From NCBI GenBank assembly GCA_964016885.1, contig OZ024748.1, positions 19,468,001 to 19,532,000 of the forward strand: a stretch of DNA of 64,000 bases, in the 5' to 3' direction. Every line of letters starts with the position of its first letter. Position 1 is the stretch's first letter. A program made the position numbers and the translations under genes. The notes under the pieces were generated by a model. It was given only the letters and a program-made list of their open reading frames with translations, made no database searches and was not told the origin of the DNA. This stretch comes from Eledone cirrhosa. Its lineage: Eukaryota. Below, piece by piece: positions 58,274-64,000 of this stretch.

Positions 58274-59335
58274 TTATTGGTCGTTATAATAATGAAAATT
58301 ATTGTGTACAATGCTCAGGTGCACTACAAAAAAAGATTAATAGGACCCCCTACATGTATCTCCTGACCAGAATCATAGCCCAGGATCTCCACCATCTCCA
58401 ATACCTCTCACAAGGCCACAGAAACAGCTACGTTATATCGATTGAAGAGATCGGCAACATCCATGACTTCATTTGCTGACCGTGTTGGGTGGAACTTGTC
58501 AAATAGACCAAGGAATCAATGTTTCCGTTGGTATTTCCATTTCTGATACTATCTCCCGGTCGCAACTCCTGGCAGAAAATGGTCGTTAGAGAACACCAAA
58601 TTTGCAAAATATGTTGAGACTAACATACATAGAATAACAGACTTGCCGACCTCTAAAAACCCAAACAGGGAGTACCATGAAAAAATGTGCCCCCAAATGC
58701 GGAGAAATGAGAGAAAATGGGGAGATTTTGCATAACGAAAGCTATAACAATTTTCACAAGAGAATACATCTCCCACCCTCCCCAAAGTGGGTGAGTGATC
58801 TCCCCCATCGGACGAGGAGAGTAGACAAGTCTGGAATAATTCCATAGATATATAACGCCTGCTATATAAACTAGATTGTAGCAAGTATATATTTTCTACA
58901 CCCGGAGACGAATTGAAATTAATATAAAATGACAAAATTAAAGAAACAACAAGAAAAAAATCAGTGAAAGTAGACGAGGCTTTCAAAGTGTGATCAGACG
59001 AACAGACGTTGTGTATTCCATTGATACGAAATGGAACTGGCGTGTTTTCAGTTAAACAGCTGTACGTAAAATTACTTGATGTTTACCTTAGTGCTAAAGT
59101 TGTTTACTTTAATGCTATCTGGGAGGAGTTTTGTGTGCAATACGGTTTCATATGAAAAGGTTTCTCACAGCTGGACACCTTTCCGTAGTTGGTCATTAAT
59201 CACAGTGTATGTGTATTTATGTATGTCTATATATACGTATGTATGTATGTATGTATGTATGTATGTATGTATGTATGTATGTATGTATGTATATATATAT
59301 ATAATATATAATATATATATACACATATACATATA

Positions 59336-59409
<74 letters not shown>

Positions 59410-59506
59410 TATATATATATGTTTGTATTTATCAATGCAATTATGTTATTCGCGTTAATTATGAAAAATATAATATATCGTGGTTTAGTTATTCTCCCCA
59501 AGCTCT

Positions 59507-59622
59507 CTTCTAATGTTGAATGTATCTGTCCCAGGACTCGAACTCCAATTGGTCAGGAGCGTTGCAAGATAATTTGACGATTAGAAAACAATATGACTGG
59601 TAACCCATTACTTTTGTGTGAA

Positions 59623-59694
<72 letters not shown>

Positions 59695-59810
59695 TTCACA
59701 CAAAAGTAATGGGTTACCAGTCATATTGTTTTCTAATCGTCAAATTATCTTGCAACGCTCCTGACCAATTGGAGTTCGAGTCCTGGGACAGATACATTCA
59801 ACATTAGAAG
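59507..59810. repeat. Perfect ~300-bp palindrome centred on a (GT)n(TA)n(CA)n core
   Basis: 59507-59623 is the exact reverse complement of ~59694-59810. Confidence 0.9.
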
Positions 59811-59813
59811 TTT

Positions 59814-59859
<46 letters not shown>

Positions 59860-60582
59860 GGAGGTGAGTTTTATTGTAGCACAATAAAGCAATGCATATA
59901 TATATATATATATATATATGTATGAAAAATATGGGAAGAAGGATACTGCGTGGTTGCACATGGGTTACATATTATAAAATTAGTCCCTCATCAGTGATTT
60001 GCCAACCGTCATTGGTATTTCATCGCATTAAAAATCATATACCTCAGGTTGGTGCGAGCAATAACTAAAATAAGCTATTGGGACAAGTGAGTCGCGTAAA
60101 GCGAGTGAGACAAGTAAACAACATAGAAGGAAAAGCAAACCGAAGATGGGAACAAAAACAAGCAACATGGTTATCCGATCAGCATAATCTGGGTGAATTT
60201 CATGAGCGTTCAGAATACAGACCTTCGCCGTGAATGGGATATGAGAAAGAAAGAATCCCACTCCTAACGAACGGGAGGAAGTGAGAAGGGGAGAAACAGA
60301 GAGTGGGTGAGTGGAAGTGCGAGGAAGAGGTCAGTTGAGAGAAAGTGTAACTGACAGAGGGGGCGAAAGAAGGTAAGAAAACAGAGAGAACGAGGGAGCA
60401 GTAAGAGAGAAAGAGAGAAACAGATAATCGCAGTCTATATATATATAAGTAGAAGTGGTATTTAATATGTTGGAAGTCCGACAAACATACATGTTTATAA
60501 CTGATTTAGAGCACTCAACAGTTACTGGAGTAAATATTCAATTTTATTAAATAAATGGAAACTATATTTATAAAACCATATT

Positions 60583-60647
60583 TATTTTATTATATATATT
60601 TCAAGGGCAACCAAGACAACATCGGTACGCTTTCATCAGATAAAATA
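60583..60647 (-). ncRNA. Type I HHR in the 3' UTR of a PLE
   Basis: Reverse complement: tattttat-CTGATGA-aagcgtaccga tgttg tcttggttgccctt-GAAA-tatata-TA-ataaaata. Confidence 0.85.
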
Positions 60648-61596
60648 CAAAATTTGTTTTATAAATATAGACATACCCATGAAAATCATACCTTATCGGT
60701 TGGAAATTCACCGGATAGTGGAAATATATTAGGGATTATTCAAACTTATGTGTGAATATGCAAATGAATATGTAAATAATTGAAAAACAACCGTTTATTT
60801 AAATGACACTGGCGAAAGAGAGAGAGAAGAAATAGACAAGAGAAGATGAATATAACGTTAATTTTGGGGAAATATATTCTAAGTATAAATCTAATATTAT
60901 GTGTATTTACGATTATTATTTGTTTAAAATTCGTTTCTAATATAATATTTTCTTTTATAAGTAGATAGATAAATAAATAAATAAATAAATATATAAATAG
61001 ATAAATAAATGAATAGGTGGGTATATCGTGTTATAGATAATTGTTTTAATGAGTTATGAGGGATATTGGTTTTGTATTTAATGTAAGTAAATATTAAGTT
61101 AAATTAAATTAAATTAACTGAGTTAATAAGAATATTTATATTTATATATTTTAAAATAGGAAGATACGGAAAAACTCCAGTTTTGTTTATTTATTCGTTA
61201 GTATGAGACTATTTTGTCAAAATAAGTATAAATGTTGAAAGATATATTTAGCCAGAATTAGTTAGTGGTCATAAATCTAATAAAAGATATTGAAAAAATA
61301 TAAAAATTTTAGAAAATTTAAAAAAAAATAATTTATAAGAGATAAGTAATTTTTAAAAAATAAGTAATTTTTAAAAAGGGATAAAAAAAATTAAAGAAAT
61401 AAAAAATAAAGAATTAAAAATTATTAAGATTAAAATTACAATTAGAATTAAAATTAAAATTTAAAAGAAATTAGAATTATATATGTATATATTTTATGAA
61501 ACTTTAAGAAGTGAAATTATAGCAAATGTTATAGATATGATTTATAGAAATCGGATAAGATTGTTATGGAAATATGTAGAAATATTATAAGTGTAA

Positions 61597-61840
61597 TTAT
61601 AATTTATATATAGTTTTAAATGTTGAATTCAGGCGATGTCTACAAGAATTAAATAAATTCGTTCTTAGATTAATAGAGTTCTTAAATTTCCTCAACACAC
61701 AATTTGCAGAATCTAGATAAAGCTGTGTTTCGATACGCGGGTGCTCGTGATATTATTTCCCAAGTTAATGAAAAGTCCATATTTTTGCATTTTAAGATCC
61801 ATATCAGGTTTGAAAGAGAAGTTGAAGATTTTTTATCAAA
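61597..61840 (-). pseudogene. C-terminus of a second PLE GIY-YIG type (Naiad-like), absent from the ORF track
   Basis: Manual translation: STSLSNLIWILK...LTWEIISRAPAY...CKLCVEE/frameshift/INLRTNLFNSCRH. Confidence 0.75.
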
Positions 61841-61962
61841 TCACCCGCGTACCGAATGTATGTATGTATGTATGTATGTATGTATGTATGTATGTATGTA
61901 TGTATGTATGTATGTATGTATGTATGTATGTTTGTATGTATGTATGTTTGTATGTATTTATG

Positions 61963-62546
61963 TCAGGTCACCAGTTGGTGCTACTGGTAACATGTATCCC
62001 AGTACAACCTGTCTCATGGTCGGGTCGTTGGCGACTAAACTGGCAACCCCACCAAGGTTTCTTGGTGAGGAGGGTGACTTTGGACATCCTGCAGGACTAA
62101 AAACAAAACCTGTCAAAGGGCCAAGGAGCTCTTAAGAGAGAGAGATGACCCCTTAGCCTTTGTCAAGGCAGAATTCTAGGAGAAGGAAAACTCTGATATA
62201 ACACCTGCAACCCTGAAGGTATCCAATGATGTTGACTTGTTCTTCTTTTTGGTAAATACCATCTTGGTTAAGAGAGTGGGACTGGCTTTGTGCAGTGCCT
62301 TTGTCACTATAAAAACTTCACGGCACAGGCATTGCTTTATATCTGGAGATCTCTTTGCACTTGTCATCACATGGTACCATGGGCCCAGCACTATGTGTCA
62401 ATAATCGTCACAGGTGTAGTGTTTGTACCAGAGTTTTCAAGTCGCTGGCTGGACTAAAAAGTCACACTCATTCAGCGCATCGGTAGGGGTTCTCCTACAT
62501 GGATATGAAGTAGTGGCCGTACTCGAAAACGAATTGGCAGCCATCA
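61963..62546 (+). mobile_element. ~580-bp non-autonomous RTE-like retroposon in (TATG)n with a decayed HDV-like ribozyme at the 5' end
   Basis: 3' end shared with 53450-53582. GGAGAAGGAAAACTCTG segment recalls RTE 5' UTRs. Pseudoknot elements at 61988-62043. Confidence 0.6.
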
Positions 62547-62737
62547 TGTATGTATGTATGTATGTATGTATGTATGTATGTATGTATGTATGTATGTATG
62601 TTGTTGAGAGAGTGGGATTGGCTCAGTGCACAGCGTTTCCTCACTTTAAAAAATATCTTCACGCACGGGCATTGCACGATAGAATTAATAAATAATTATT
62701 AATAATGTTATAGCGTGCAATGGTCATACTCGTTGAT

Positions 62738-62774
<37 letters not shown>

Positions 62775-62824
62775 TGTGTGTGTGTGTGTGTCTGTTTGTG
62801 TCTGTGTGTGTGTGTATGTGTATC

Positions 62825-62956
62825 CCAGGTTGAGTCGGGGTAACCACAGTAAGTAAGGTATTCAATACATAGCAGAGTATAAATATTTAATATAGGAATG
62901 CCTTCTACAGGACTAGAACTTTTGAAAGAAGTAGTTCTATCCTGTAGAAGCCATTT
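62825..62956 (-). mobile_element. Second copy of the 4483-4652 fold-back family
   Basis: gtaaccacagtaagtaaggta...ttctacaggactagaact / agttctatcctgtagaag. Confidence 0.8.
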
Positions 62957-63328
62957 ATATATATATATATATATATAAGGGAAATTAAATACCTTTGAAA
63001 ATCTGCTATGGGTTACTAGCTCTACACGTCCGTTTAATTTGATTACAAAATGATTAATAATTATTAATTAATTTAGGAAATACAACATTTTGGTCATATT
63101 CACCGCCAGTTCTTTGACAGTTGAGCTTAGTATTTATTAGTAATGTTTAGTATTATCCCGGGTGGGTTTCAACCTAGAAGACCTAATCAGTGTTAATGTA
63201 AATCACCGAATCGCAATATTTTCCCAACCAACGACATATTTTATTGATATGGTATCTTCCATGGAACACTCCACTATAATTACACCCATTCCAGATTGTT
63301 ATACCCTGATCGAGGGAAATGTTTAGAC

Positions 63329-63621
63329 CAGTCGTGGGCAACCTGAGTCCCGCGAAGCTTTCTGAATGGCTCGCCTAAGTCACCTAAGTGAAATCTTTCT
63401 GATTCTTTTACCCCAACTTTTCAGTCGTAATTTATTTTTCTTTCATTTTTACGATCGGGGAAAACAACGTGTATGAATTATGAAGAAACAAATCAAAATA
63501 ACCTGAGTCACTACCCTTTTTTTTTTAATGTGTGCACGAATGTAAATTAGCGCTTGCGGCAAGCCTGGGGATGAACCATTTCTCATGCGGCCCGCTTCTC
63601 GAAAAAGGTTGCCCATGCCTG
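63329..63621. mobile_element. hAT (Charlie-like) MITE with perfect 8-bp TSD GTTTAGAC
   Basis: TIRs CAGTCGTGGGCAACCT / AGGTTGCCCATGCCTG. TSD at 63321 and 63622. Internal GCGGCCCGC. Confidence 0.9.
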
Positions 63622-64000
63622 GTTTAGACGTTTGTATACTAAATTTTAAGGTAGCAAATTGATCGTGTCGTTAGAGTGTCGGATTACAAATGCTTCTATT
63701 TTTGATCTGGCTGACTGCACTATGATTTCAGATCACTGTGAGGTCAACTTTGGCTTTTATCCTCTCGAGGTCGATAAATGAGGCACATATCCAGTTTTTA
63801 CGTCGATTCTACTTTTCTCTCTCTTCTTCCGGAAGAAATCGGCTACGTTCCGACCCTGAGAGATATGGGCTCTGCCAGGTTTAAAACGTTTAAGAGGAGT
63901 CGTATGACAGCACAGTGACCCTATGGCTCCAGCAGGAGTTAAGGGCCCTCTATCGGAAATATAGACTTTTTTAATAAAAGTACATGAAATTGTAAAATTA

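Overview
Repeat-saturated, AT-rich eukaryotic DNA. The SINE types, microsatellite load and Penelope/Tx1 content suggest an octopus or other cephalopod genome (inference). I found no convincing host-gene exon, and almost all ORF-track entries are microsatellite artefacts. Real content: two tandem Tx1/L1-clade LINE copies ending at ATCT-type repeats (1-4100); Penelope-like (PLE) GIY-YIG remnants (6872-7878, 54016-54480, 60440-61855); two tRNA-derived SINE families in many copies; two hAT MITEs; a 42-bp satellite; and GGT/GTT arrays with a 1848-bp duplication. The main hidden signal is more than 15 minimal type I hammerhead ribozyme (HHR) motifs, intact or decayed, read by eye on both strands. 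Most sit in short sequence islands inside (TA)n tracts. Different families carry different palindromes at stem III, several have greatly expanded stem II, and many copies are fold-back palindromes whose turn lies in or next to the ribozyme and whose inverted arm stops at a family-fixed TAT/ATA site. A decayed HDV-like ribozyme also heads a (TATG)n-embedded element. All structures were paired by eye; nothing was computed or searched.
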